Below, piece after piece: positions 37,901 through 54,281 of a stretch of DNA of 64,000 nucleotides. Every line of letters begins with the position of its first letter. Position 1 is the first letter of the stretch. A program made the position numbers and the translations under genes. Location of the stretch: contig CAUYUJ010000276.1 of NCBI GenBank assembly GCA_963575745.1, positions 1-64,000 of the forward strand, written 5' to 3'. The stretch comes from Prorocentrum cordatum (taxonomy: Eukaryota). The notes beneath the pieces are model-generated. The model ran no database searches. It was not told where the DNA came from and saw only the letters and a list, made by a program, of their open reading frames with translations.

Positions 37901-40900
37901 GCGTTCACGTTGCCAGGGGCAACTTTTAAGCGTTCAGCGCGCGGCGGGCCAGATCGCGCGCGACGCAGGCCCCTGCCTGGCCGGGCGGCCAACTGGCGGA
38001 CTAGAGTTCGCGCTGTTCCGCGCTGGCTTCATCGGCGCAGGGTTCGAGGCAATGGCGCTGCACGGGCGCGGGGGCCATCGGGCGCAGGCGCCGCGTCTGT
38101 CGAGAACCTTCGCGAGGGCATTGTCGTGGCCATGTCCGCGCGCGGGGGGGCGCCGTATTGGGATCTGGTTTCAGAAGCCCAGGCGCCTTGCGAGCTTCCG
38201 GACCGGGGCTTTGGAGGCCCCCGGGGGTTTCGCTGAAAAAGGGCCTCCAAGAGGGCCCAGGGGCGCGCTGCGCGCGTGTCCTTGAGGGGGTCCCAGGGTT
38301 GATTCGTCGAGGGTTGTTCGCGAGGCATCGCATTTAAGCCCCCGCGCGAGGCGCCGTCTGCCGCCGACGAGTTCGTCGGAGATGGCCGGAGGATTTCCAT
38401 TCCATAGGACGTCGTCGACGCGCGGGCAGAGCATTGGCAGCGCCCGCGGACCTCCGTGGACAGCGCAGGTAGAGCACTGGAATCAGAACGCGCGACGGCC
38501 AAAACGTCGGAGCCCAAAATGGCAGCTCAGCGAAGTTTTATACGGAACCGCCTAAATGGAAGTTCTGGCAGGAGTTGCTCAGCGAAGTTCCAGAGAGAGC
38601 CGCCGAAGGAAAGTTGTAGAATGAGCGGCCGAGTAAAGTTTTAGGCAGCGCCTCCCCCCCTCTCGCGCCAGCCCCGTGCCCTGTGCAAGTCGCCCTTCGA
38701 GTCTTTCGATGCTCGCCGGTACTATTTTGCAAGGGCGCAGTGGCCCGACAGGACCCGTGCCAAACGCGCTATTGTTTCCACCACTCGGACCCGCCCGAAA
38801 CGCATCGAATTCGCACGGGATCCGTCCAAGAAGCTCCGGGCCCGCATGGGGTCCGCAGCGGATCCGCACCCTGATTCGACGTCCGAGGCGAGATTGACAC
38901 ACCCGAAAGTCTAATGCATTCGTGCGATTGGAGACTTCTGGCCGAAGTCTCAAATCGCACGAACTTACCTAATTGTCTGTCGGGCGCATTTGGCGGCCGA
39001 AAAGGCGGGGCTCGGGGGCCCGCGGGCGGCGTCTGCATGCGGGGCGCAAGTTCACGGGGCATTTGGGAGTCAGTTGCCGAATCTTCAGATGCGTCTGGGG
39101 GCGGTCTCGGGGGCGGCCAAAAGGGGACATTCGTTAACTTTTTCCATGAGATGAGGGCCCCTGGCTTCGACCCTGGGATTTGGCCGCGCACTGCGAGCGC
39201 GGGCATGGCTGAGAGAAAACGAAGAAACATTGGTTTTCAAGCCGCGCGTCTGTTCTGGCGGCGGGCAAGCTTGGCCTGCATCTGCTTTCTCCTTTCCAGC
39301 GGCCCCAGCCAGACGAATGCGCTGGGCGCGCTAGGGGCCCAGTCTCAGCCGCCGTCGCTCATTCGCTTTCGGCAGGTGAGGCACCCTGTGCCCCTGGCGC
39401 GCGGGAAGTGCTCCGCGCGCGGGGCGGCGCTGACAGCGAGTGGTCGGGTCGGCGTGATTCCCTGGTCGCCGCGGACCAGGTCGCCGGCTCACGCGTGGCG
39501 TTTGGGGGGAGGTCAGGCATGTGAGCCTTGGCGGTGGGCCACCGATCGCGTTTGCGGGGGCGGCTTCGAGGGCGGCGCCAGCAGCGCTGCGCCGGGGCGC
39601 ATCAGTTGCGGCGGGTGCCCAGGGGCAGACTGTTAGCAGAGGTCATCGCCAGCGTCGCTGTTTTTTTGGGGGGGTGGGGGGCGGGGGGTCTTAGACGCGA
39701 TCTCGCAGAGTGGGCATTGGGTTGACTTTGGATGACTTCTGCCTCAGGTGCGCGAAAGCGCGGGGTGGGGCCCTTCGCAGGCACTGGCTGAGCGAGCGCA
39801 ACACAGGGCATTCCATCCACGGCGCCTCGGACTCCCTAGTCCCACGGGCCATGGCCCAGAGTGAGATGGCAGCTTGTTTTTGGATGGGGTTTGATGTCGC
39901 CAGGTTGGCTCGAGGTTGACCCGCCGGCCCAGCGCGAGCGCTGGGGCAAGGTGCGCGCCGCAGATAGCGGGCTAACACGTGGGCGTCTTGGAACGAGGGG
40001 AGAAGAGGAACCCCGCGTTGTCTTCGGGATCGCCTCTGGAGGACCCGACTCCAAGAATCCCGCGTTCAGGAGAGCTGGCGCTCCCCCCCGCGCTGGCTGC
40101 CCTCTCGGCGCCGCGCCCGCCCCGCCCGCTGGCGGCCGCCGCCGAGCGCGGCCGCCCTGGGCCCCGCCTCGGACGGCGCGGAACGCTCGCTGCCCACCCG
40201 CCTCGTCGGCTCTGCAGGCTGGCCGTCGCCCCTGCTGGCAGCTCGCGCTGGCCGCGCTCGGGGGGCACCGCCGTTGCGCCTCTCCCCCCGGTTTGTCCTC
40301 CCGCCGGTTGGGGGCCCAGGCCAATGTTCTACTTGCATGCGGCGCCGTCCTGTCCCTGGCTGCGATGCGGCCCTGGGCGGGCTGCTGCTTCTCTGCCCAC
40401 CCCTGCCTGTCCGCCCTCCGCCTGGGCCCGAACCGCCTGGCTGTCTTTAGGCGCTCAGCCCCCCTGGCGCCCGCCGCGCTTGGCCGCGTCGGCCCGCCTC
40501 CCTGCGGCCGCCTCAGCGCCCGTTGCGCCGCGCTGGCCTGCCCAGCCCGCAACCGCCCGCCACGGCTGGGAGGGCGCCCTGGTCGACGGCCCCTCCGTCT
40601 GGTATGTAGTTGCTCGCGCATGTCCATTAAGTCACACGAGGAGGTGGTCCAGGATATCACGGTTTGTGACCTCGCAGGATGCGCCATTGGCTGCGCAGTT
40701 TTACGCGCAACGCGCGCGTCGCACGATTCGCAGGACACCAACATGAGGACGAGGACTTACTTATGTCCCAGGTTCGAAGAGGAACGTGGGGAAACGGCGG
40801 GCAGGGAAAAAGCGAACGAAAGGCCGACAAGTTTACGCGACAGCATCCGTGAGACGGTGGAGGGAGGATGAGGACGACAACGAAAGAGGCACGATGAGGA

Positions 40901-41125
40901 AGGAGGGGTGGCGATCAGTTGCCAATGGTCCGCCGGAAAATCAGCGCGGCCCGCGCCATGTCGCTCTTGCGCTCCAGAGGACCAGTTGTTCATAGATAGT
41001 ACAAGAAGCGAGCGAGGCCGAGCTCGCCCACCAGGTTCCCCGTTTCCCCCCCTGCACTTTGCAGCGCGGGAGCCAAGCGCCAGCAGGCGCACCGCCAGGT
41101 CTTCGGGCGGCCTGCGGGGAAGGGA
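34976..41125 (+). mobile_element. Decayed non-LTR retrotransposon 2 (ORF1, APE, RT, CCHC-like motif, RNase H-like)
   Basis: APE-like SVT...ALVERHL...ANEGG (~36670-36880) and VGGGFDATSADL (degenerate GDFN, ~37135). RT-like FVEGCSRG...DVVD (~38300-38420) and a frameshifted VKF/LG (~38640). CLRCAK...RRHWLSERN (~39740). RNase H-like VFGIASGGPDSKNPAFRRAG (~40020). Heavily mutated; ends approximate. Confidence 0.7.
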
Positions 41126-43225
41126 AGTCAAGGCCACTATGAGTCTGCGTAACGCGTCATTCCGCTGGAGCCCCAAGAAGCCTCGAAAGTGGCGACATTT
41201 TCGCAGTTCGCAGCCTCCCAAAGGATGGCGAGATCTAGATTGAGTTCGAGTGGCGCGTCATTTCGCTGGATCCGCAGCAGCCGTCAAACATGGCGATAAT
41301 CTTACAGGTCGCAGGTCCCCAGGGACGGCGACGTCTCTGTGGGCCTGCGTCGCGCGTCACTCGAACGTGCCGACTGCTTCGCAGTTCGCAGCCCCCCGCC
41401 CCTGGGCTGCCGAGCTCGACTTTGAGTTCGCGAAGCGCGTCACTCCGCCGGGCCCTCCGGCAAGCCCCGAACGCGGCGGCCGCTTCGCAGCTCGCGCAGC
41501 ACTTGAGGGCTGGCGAGGTCTACAGTATGAGCTTGCGCGTGGCGCGTCGCCCCGCCGGACCCTCCAGCCACCCTCGTAAGCCGCGAGGGTTTCGCAGCTC
41601 GCAGCCCCCCGGAGATGGCGAGGTCGAATCTGAGCTTGCGTAGCGCGTCGTTCCGCAGGACCTTCGGGGAACTTTCAAACGTGGCGACAGCTTCGCTGCT
41701 CGCAGCCCCCCCAGGGACGGCGAGGTCTAGCATGAGGCTGCGGGGCGCGTCCCTCCGCGGGACCCCCCCAGCGGCCATCGACAATGGCGACAGTTTCGCA
41801 GTTCGCACCCCCCCCCCCGGGATGCCGAGCTCCAGATTGAGTTTGCGAGGCGCGTCGCTCCGACGGGCCCTCCAGCAAGCCTCGAACGTGGCGAAGAGTT
41901 CGCAGTTCGCAGCCCTTGAGGGCTGGCGAGGTCCACAGTATGAGCTTGCGCGGCGCGCCACTCCGCTGGGCCCCATTAGCAGTATTCAAAGATGGCGACG
42001 GATTCGCACACGCAGCCCGCAGCTCCCTGTAATGGCGAGGTCGAGTATGAGTTTGCTGGACCTTCCAGCAGTTTTCGGTCGTGGCGACAGTTCCGCAGTT
42101 CGCGGTTCCCCAGTGTGGCGAGTTCTAGTAGGACTTTGCGTAGCTCGTCATTTTGTTGAACCCCCAAGCAGCCCTCAAACATGACAACAGGTTCGCAGTC
42201 AGCTGTCCCCAGGGACGGTGAGGTTCAACTGGAATCTACGAAGCTCGTCACTCCGCTGGACTCCCCAGCAGCCTTCAAAGCTTCGCGTTTCGCGGCCCCC
42301 CTAACGTGGCGAGGTCGAATTGGTTTTGCTTAGCGCGTCATTCCGCAGGACCCTCGAGGAGCCCTCGACCGTGGCGACGGTTTCGCAGTTCGCAGCCCCC
42401 CCAGGATTGAAAGGTCTAGCATGAATATGCGTAGCGCGCTGTTCTGCTGGACCCTCCAGCAGCCCTCGAACGTGGCGACTGTTTCGCGGTGCGCAGCCCC
42501 CCCCCAGGGATGGCGAGGTCCAAACTGAGTCTGCGTAGCGCGTCTTTTTGTTGGACCCCCCAACAGTTTTCAAACATGGCAACAGTTTGGCATTTCGCAG
42601 CCCCCCAGGGATTGTGAGGTCTGGCCTGAGCCTGCGTGGCGCGTCGATCCTCTGGGCCTTCCAGCAGCCTTCACAAGCGGCGACAGCTTCGCAGTTCGCA
42701 ACACCCCAGGGATGGCGAGGTTTAGCATGAATCTGCGTAGCGCGTCAATCCTCTGGACCCCCCAGCAGCCCTCGAAAGTGGCGACTGTTTCGCGGTGTGC
42801 AGCCCCTCAGGGATGGCGAGGTCCAAACCGAGCTTGCGTGGCGCGTCACTCCGCTGGACTCCCTAGCAGTCTTCGAAAGTGGCGACCACGAGGTCTAGCA
42901 TGAGTCTGCGTGGCGCGTCACTCCGCGGGATCCACTAGCAGTCTTCAAACATGGCGGTAGATTCGCAGTTCGCAGCCCCCCCCCCGGATGGCGAGCTCTA
43001 ATTTGAGTTGCATAGCGCGTCACTCCGCTGGACCTTTCAGCAGCCCTCGAACGTGGCGACCGTTTCGCAGCTCGTAGGCCCCCAAGGAGCCTCCAGACAG
43101 GACGGCGAGGTAGAACGTTGGAGGCAGGGTTGCAGGCAATTTGAAGGGGGGAGGAGAAGGGAGGCGGACGGGAAGGAGTTGCGACCGCAGTGCTCTGTTC
43201 ACAACGAGAACCCAACTCAGGAGGG
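41125..43225 (-). repeat. Inverted, more diverged array of the 101-bp satellite (roughly 19-20 units) with the same head sequence
   Basis: Units GGGATGGCGAGGTC...CCAGCAGCCCTCGAA.GTGGCGAC.GTTTCGC are the reverse complement of 1251-2400. Terminus CGACCGCAGTGC...TTCACAACGAGAACCCAA matches the reverse complement of 1137-1170. Confidence 0.93.
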
Positions 43226-44474
43226 TTTGTAAAAATGAGTTTCAGCCGAGAGCTGAAATTTGTTGTTTTGAAACTCCTCGAATATTGTTTGCTTGCATCA
43301 GGGTGTTCTTTGCGTTGCCTCCAGAGAGTTTTGGGGGGTCCTCCGGGTTTTCACCTTGCACCCGCCCGTCACCGCCTCGTCGCCGCCTTGTGTGCGGATA
43401 GTGACGATGACGATGATGACCATGATGACGATGGCAATGACGATGATGACGATGACGATACCGATGACGATGTTGTCATCAGCATCATCATCATAATCAT
43501 CATCATCATCGTCATCATCATCATCACCATCATCACCAGCATCAACATCATCATCAGTATCACCATCGTGACCATCGTCGTCATCATCGTTAGCATCATC
43601 GTCATCAGCAGCATCGTCAGCATCATCGTCATCATCATTGTCAGTATCATCGTCACCGTCATCCTCACCTTCTTCTTCTTCTTCATCATCATCATCATCA
43701 TCAGCGTCAGCGTCAGCGTCAGCGTCAGCGTCATCGTCCGTCGTCCGTCGCCGCCTCGTGCGCTGGCTGCGCCCTGAGGAGCTCTCCCCCTGTGGCCCGC
43801 CCCGTCGCCCTCGCGGCACCGCGAGCAGCGCCGAGGCGCAGAAAGGCCGAGCAGCGGAGAGCGCAGCACGCGCGCGGGCGCGCGGCCGGCCCCTCTGAGA
43901 AGCCAGGGTCGCAGGCCCGGAGGTGGGCCCCGGCGCCAAGATCGGCGGTGTGCCTCCAGCGAGGGAAGACGATCCCGACCTGGGTGATGGTGGTATGTAA
44001 TGTTCTGGCTTCCCAGGTGGCCAAAATGTTACCACCGACGCCATGATCCAGGATCAGCTTCCCCATGTGGAGGCAGACCCCTGTGCTGGTGTTGGTGCCA
44101 ATTTTCAGGCCTCCAACAGGGGCATGGATACACCCGAAGGGGATCAACTGCAGATGCCACACACACACAAACACGCACCACTCGGCAGCTCCCTCCCCTG
44201 TCCCACGTGCCCGGCCAGGGAGCGCAGGTTACAGCGAGTAGCTCCCTGGCGCGGCACTCTTGACTTCAGGCTCTGACGCGGCTTCCTGTCTGTTCTTCCT
44301 TCCAGGGCTCTCCGGAGGGTTTTCCGGGTAGGGTCTGATGTGAGCACACGTGGACCGTTACGCCACCGTTGCACCACCACCACCGCCACCCACGTGCCCT
44401 CCCGCCCCCCCCCCCCCCTCATCCATCCTCCCCGCGCCGCGGCGCCCGCGCGTCGCCTCGGTCTCCCCCGCGAG

Positions 44475-44556
44475 GCCAGCGAAGGCGGCGGCAAGGAGGG
44501 CAACGGCAAGAGCAGGGGCGGCAAGGAGGCCAAGTCCGGCGGCAGGGCGAAGAAGG
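44475..44556 (+). CDS. Gene A penultimate exon (ASEGGGKEGNGKSRGGKEAKSGGRAKK-G)
   Basis: CGAG|G acceptor, G|GC donor, phase 1, GC3-rich. Confidence 0.75.
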
Positions 44557-44726
44557 GCGCTTCTGGCGTTGCGTAATGGGGGGGGGGGGGGGCGATCAAC
44601 AGGGGAGTAAGAAGAAAGGTGCACCAGAGTGGCATGGATGGGGGTTCTCTGGGGCCCAAGGTGGGCACGAAAGGTGCACGCTTCTTCGCCTCCCAGTACT
44701 CGCCCCCTCGTTAAGTAACGCCCAAG

Positions 44727-44812
44727 GCGCCGAGGGCGAGGGCAAGGCGGGCGGCAAGGCAAAGAAGGGCGCCGACGAGAAGGACGGGGTCGAGAAGCCA
44801 GAGAAGAAGTAA
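44727..44812 (+). CDS. Gene A last coding exon (G-AEGEGKAGGKAKKGADEKDGVEKPEKK*)
   Basis: CAAG|G acceptor in phase 1, TAA at 44810-44812, followed by unique UTR-like sequence to about 45060. Confidence 0.75.
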
Positions 44813-46385
44813 GCAGCTCGAGATGAGCCGGTGGAGTGACGTACAGGTCTTTCTGTCCATGTTCACATGGTGTTTACTCGCATCCGGTGCTTTCTACCGA
44901 AAAACTACCGTACTAGATGCTCGCCAGAGCGCAAGACGAGGCACTGAAAAGGCTCGTCGCGAGGCGGACCGGTAGAGTTACATGCAGGTCATTGGACTGT
45001 CCATATTTACATGGTGCTAACTCTAACGCGGGAGACTCCGACAGAACAATCATCGCAGTCCTCCCTTCCCCTTCCTCTCAGTCCTCCTTTGCTTGCTCCT
45101 CCCTCCTTTGCTCGCTTCTCCTTTCACCCTTTGCTTGCTCCTCCACTCAGTCCTCCTTTGCTCGCTCCTCCTCCTCCTCCTCTCCTCATCCTCTCAGTCC
45201 TCCGTTGCTCCCTCCTTTGCTCGCTCCTCCTCCTCCTCCTCCTCTCAGTCATCCTTGGCTTGCTCCTCCCTCCTTTGCTCCTCTCATCGCAGGGACTCCC
45301 TCCTTTGCTTGCTTCTACCCTTCCTCTCAGTCCTCCGGCTCCTCTTCGGCCTGATCGTCTTCTCCTTCGTCGGTGTCATCAATGTTGCCGCCGCTGTGCG
45401 CGTCTCCATGCCTAGAGGCTCCCAAGCCTCCAGGCTGGGTGCTTCGCACCACGGAGGAAGAGGGAGAGGCGGAGTAGAAGGAGGAGGAGGAGAATAATAA
45501 CAATAAGGAGGAGAGACAGATTATAAAGGGAAAGATATGAGGATGATGCGGAGGATGATATAGGATGATCATAAGGTTGAGGAGTATTGTGGGGGTGGAT
45601 AACAATGACGATGGTGATGAGTGAGACATTGACAGCACAGCGGTTCCCACCAATGGTGCTCGTATTCAGGGTTACGTTTGTAGGCAATATAAATAATTGA
45701 CGCTTGTTGTCGTTTGCTTGCTTCGGATGTTCCCTGCTGTGCATGATGCACCTGGCCGCCTGGGATCTTGTTTGTTCGGATGCTCCTTGCTTCACGTGCT
45801 CGAGCTGGCTACTGGGGATTTGGTTGGTTCGGTCCTTCCCTGTTGCTCATGCTACACCTGGCTGTCGTGGACTAGCTTGACTCGGCTGTGCAAGGCTGCT
45901 CTGATTGTACCTTCATGCTGTGTGGTGTTTCATTGTACGCGGGCAGCGCGCCAGTATCACTGGGATGATGTCGTAACGCTCTGGGGGTGAGGAGGGGGGA
46001 GGCGCGCGGTCGACCTTTCGTGGAAGAAGAGCTACGATATTCGCCGCTCGATGGCCCGATCTCTTGAACGATAACTTCGCAACATACGCGCGCTGGACTT
46101 GCAGCGCGTGGAATCAAGGGAGGTCGGCCCCCTAAACTTACACCGTGCAAGGAGACCCCAAAACCTCAAGCAGAGGATCGACCACAGAATCGTTTTACCC
46201 CAGAAGTGATCCGCCCGTCGAATCTACGACAAGTACGTGGAACGCCCCGTAAATCTACGGAGCGTTCTACACCTGCTCGTGGACCCGACGAAGACACCCA
46301 AGTTCGGGGCACACCGTGCATTCTGCCGTCGATGCCCCCCTCGAAAACGGCAGCGCTGCACACCCGCACTCAGCCACGCATAGCC

Positions 46386-46543
46386 ACGCGCAGAGGGGGG
46401 TGGGGGGAGGGGGGAGGGCTTCTTAGAAGCACCCCTGCTTCTTATAAGGCGCGGGCCTTATCTATAGACGTAAGGCCGAGGCCTTCTAAGAAGCAGCCTG
46501 CTTCTAAGAAGCCTTTCCCCCTCCCCCCACCCCCCTCTGCGCG
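46386..46543. mobile_element. Hairpin MITE family A, copy 2
   Basis: Homologous to 3844-4003. Confidence 0.85.
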
Positions 46544-46664
46544 CCGCCAACGCACCCAGCGTGGCGTGCCCGGCGTGGGGCGTGGCCGCAGGCCGCAGGG
46601 AGGCGAGCGCACGGCGCGCGGCGGCGGCGCGCGGCAGCGGCCGCGGCACCGCGGCACGCTTCTT

Positions 46665-47510
46665 TTGTGTGTGTGTGTGTGTCTGTGTGTGTGTGTGTGC
46701 GTGTGTGTGTGTGTGTTGTGTGTGTTGTGTGTGTTGTGTGTGTGTGTGTGTTGTGTGTGTGTTGTGTGTGTGTTGTGTGTGTTGTGTGTGTTGTGTGTGT
46801 GTGTGCGTGTGTGTGTGTTGTGTGTGTTGTGTGTGTTGTGTGTGTTGTGTGTGTTGTGTGTGTGTGTGTGTGCGTGCGTGTGTGTGTGTGTGGTGTTGTG
46901 TGTGTTGTGTGTGTGTGTGGTGCGTGTGTGGGTTGTGTGTGTTGTGTGTGTTGTCGTGTGTTGTGTGTGTTGTGTGTGTTGGGTGTGTTGTGTGGTGTGT
47001 GCGTGCGTGTGTGCGGGTGGTGTGTGTGTTGTGTGGATTGTGTTGTGAGTGTGCTGTGTGTGTTGTGTGTGTTGTGTGTGCTGTGTGTGGTGCGTGTGTG
47101 GTGTGTTGTGTGTGTTGCGTGTGTTGTGTGTTGTGTGTGCGTGTTGTGTGTTGTGTGTGTTGTGTGTGCTGTGTGGGTTGTGTATTATGTGTGTTGTGTC
47201 GTGTGTGTTGTGTGTTCTGTGAGTGTGTGTGTATTGTGGTGTGTTGTGTTGTGTGTGTTGTGTGTGGTGTGTGTTGTGTGTGTTGTAATGTGTGATGTGT
47301 GTGTGTTGTGTGTGTTGTGTTTGTTATGTGTGCTGTGTGTGTTGTGTGTTGTGTGTGGTGTGTGTGNNNNNNNNNNNNNNNNNNNNNNNNNNNNNNNNNN
47401 NNNNNNNNNNNNNNNNNNNNNNNNNNNNNNNNNNNNNNNNNNNNNNNNNNNNNNNNNNNNNNNNNNCGTGCGTGCGTGCGTGCGTGTGTGTGTGTGTGTG
47501 TGCGTGTGTG

Positions 47511-47546
<36 letters not shown>

Positions 47547-47592
47547 TGTGTGTGTGTGTGTGTGCGTGTGTGTGTGTGTGTGCGTGTGTGTT
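46665..47592. repeat. (GT)n/(GTGC)n microsatellite spanning a 100-N assembly gap (47367-47466)
   Basis: Directly visible. Confidence 0.97.
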
Positions 47593-47639
47593 CGCGCGCC
47601 GGAGCTCGGGCGCGGCATGGCACGCGGGCACGGCACGGC

Positions 47640-47889
47640 CTTAGTGGGCCCTGGAAACGACAGGGCCGTTTTTTTACCGGTTCCGTTCTGCCGTTTTTCT
47701 GCCGGTTCCGACGCCGTTTTTTTACCGGTTCCGTCGCGGTTTTTTGACCGGTTCCGGCTCCGGTTCCAATCCTGGAGCCGTTTTTTGTTGCCGTTTCCGG
47801 TCGCCGTTTTTTTGCCGTTTCCATTTTCTAGGGACATTTTTTTGGGAAACGGTGAAAAAACGGCCCTGCCGTTTCCAGGGCCCACAAAG
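47640..47889. mobile_element. MITE with TIRs of about 35 bp and an 8-bp TSD (hAT-like)
   Basis: TIR CTTAGTGGGCCCTGGAAACGACAGGGCCGTTTTTT / AAAAAACGGCCCTGCCGTTTCCAGGGCCCACAAAG. GGCACGGC at 47632-47639 and 47890-47897. Confidence 0.85.
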
Positions 47890-49888
47890 GGCACGGCACG
47901 CTGGAGGCCCGGAAGTCCAGCACCACAACACCAACACAGGGGGGTGCGTCCACGGGGGGGGGATGGTCATAGCTGTCCGGTCGCAAATCATGGGGGCCTG
48001 GGCTGCCCTCGCTGTTTTTTGTCTTCGCGTCGACTGGCGCCGGCTAGCGTCCGGGAGTCGATGAGGTAGCGCTGATTCAGCGTCGGCTAGCGTCGATTAG
48101 CGTCGATTTAGCGTCGATTGGCGTCCATTTAGCGTCGACCAGCGTCGATTCGCAAGAGCCGACAAGATGGTGTGGGAGGCTCCCATGACTGAGTCGCCAC
48201 CGAACAGCATCAACACAGGGGGAGGGGGCATCCACGGGGGGAGGATGATCATAGTGTTTGGTGTTGGTGGTGATATTTCGGCCACTTAGGAAGCTCGAGA
48301 CTTACCACCATCACCGGGATCACGATCATCTTCCCTCGGTGGAGGCACACCGCCGATACTGGTTTTGGTGCCACCGACCTCCAGGCATGTGCGAGTGGGT
48401 CCACGAGCGAGCCCGTGCGGTGGCCCTGCGAAGGGCCCCGAACGTCATTCCTTTTTGTACGATCGTGCGTCTTCCGGGCGGCGTCTCCCACGAAATTCAT
48501 CGAATTGACCCGAACCCCGGATGCGCAACAAAATGCCTTTGAAATCCGTGGCGAACCTGGAATCCGGCGCATTCCCAACGAGAAGGAGGAGGACCAATGT
48601 GCACAGCGCGAAGCGCCAACGTAGTCTTGTATATACGTAGCACCCCGCAGTCGCGGATAAGGGTGAGGGGGCGGCGGGGACGTCGGCAGTCTGCGAGGCT
48701 GGACTTCTTTTAAGACGCTTTACGTCAAAAGTGAGGCTCCCGCTCGAGACATCCTCGAAAAAGTGAGATATCCAGGGATCTCGCGAATTCGTCGAAATCT
48801 TAAAAATGAGGCTCTCGCTCGAGACATCCTCGAAAAAATGGGATAGTGGACGGGCTGCTTCGAGACGTCTTCAGTTCAAAATGGGGGAGGGGAGGGGCGG
48901 GGAAGGGTGGAAGGGCAAGCTGGGTGCGCTCGCGTCATACCTGATGTCCGACTCCTCCCACCATCCTTCTCAATTGCGCGGATTGTTTTTCTCCATCCGC
49001 CACGGGCGTCATAGCGGACGTGGACCCCCCGAAATGACCCCATCACGTTGCGCGCTCTGAAAATGGGAACTGTGTGCGTTGGAGGAGAAGGGGGTGGCGA
49101 ATAATGAGGAGGATTAGCATGACGAAGAGGATGAGGATGAGGAAGGAGGACGAGGCGGAACAGCAGCAGCAGGAGCGCGAGGAACGGGAGGAGCAGCAGG
49201 ACCAGGGGAAGGCGGAGGAGGGGACATTAGCGGGGCGAGAACGACGAGGAAGGACTTGAATCCAGAATTGTTGCCCACGCTGGGGCGAGAGCGCCATTCT
49301 GAACGACGGGAGCACCGCGCCGATCCAAAAATGATGCCACCGCTGCAGTGGGAACACCGTATTGAAACACAGAAAACGTTCCGGTTGAAAGAAACTAGAT
49401 GGACAATCAGCGTTTGAATTCCTGGGCTCGGGTTGGATCCGGTGAGAGAGGAGAGTCAGAGGGAGTGGTGGGGACCCCCCTCCTCTCACCCCCCACCTGC
49501 CCATCTCATCTTCCGTCTGCAGATGTCGATAACCTTTTGTCTAGGCGGTCTCGCCCAGCTGGCAGGGAAGCGTGCAAGAGCGCACGGTGGAGAGCTCTGG
49601 CCGAGGAGCAGGAGGAGGACGAGGAGGAGCAGGCAGAGGAGGAGTAGGAGCAGGGAGGCGGGCTTCGCCAACATCGAGTCTTTTCTTTCGCTGTGCATGT
49701 CTGAGCTGTGCACCCTCCCCTCCGCCACATCAGCCGCGACCCGCACTCCGCCCCGCGACCCGAGGCAGTGCGCCCGCACCTGCCGCGTGAGGGGCTGTAG
49801 GCTCCTGCCCGTGCGCAACTAGGCACGCCCCTGATCTCTTTGCCGCAGCGCTTTGCCCCAAGATGGATTTACCAAAGTACTGCGATAA

Positions 49889-50087
49889 TCGGCGGCGAGC
49901 GAGGGGGGGGAATGAGAAGGAGAAGGCGTTCTCAGAAGGCGGGGGGACTTCTCAGAAGCTCTCGCGCCTTCTGAGAGGTTGTTCCTGTCTTCGGGGAAGG
50001 CTTAGAAAACTTATCAGAAGGCCAGGTGACCTTTCAACCTTCTGAGAAGGCCTTCTCCTTCTCGCTTCCGCCCTCGCTCGCCGCCGA
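49889..50087. mobile_element. Hairpin MITE (partial copy about 52712-52840)
   Basis: TIR TCGGCGGCGAGCGAGGG...GAGAAGGAGAAGGC.TTCTCAGAAGG / CCTTCTGAGAAGGCCTTCTCCTTCTC...CCCTCGCTCGCCGCCGA. Confidence 0.8.
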
Positions 50088-50169
50088 GAGAAGAGGAGGA
50101 GGACGGAGCGCGCAGGACGGCAGCAGTGATGACCAAAACGGTGGACTCGGCCACGCTCGGCCACCACCC

Positions 50170-54281
<4,112 letters not shown>

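Noticed and set aside
38509..38523. Minus-strand SL-like GCCATTTTGGGCTC
   Set aside because: Partial, gapped match inside the RT region of LINE 2; compatible with chance.
43778..43845. Extra gene A exon (ELSPCGPPRRPRGTASSAE)
   Set aside because: The GCGAGGCC junction repeat favours a direct 34768-44475 join. It cannot be excluded without RNA data.
44813..45060. Minus-strand pseudogene fragment
   Set aside because: It lies directly after the gene A stop codon and is more simply its 3' UTR with a small internal duplication.
47367..47466. Run of 100 N
   Set aside because: Assembly gap of placeholder length; contiguity across it is not guaranteed.
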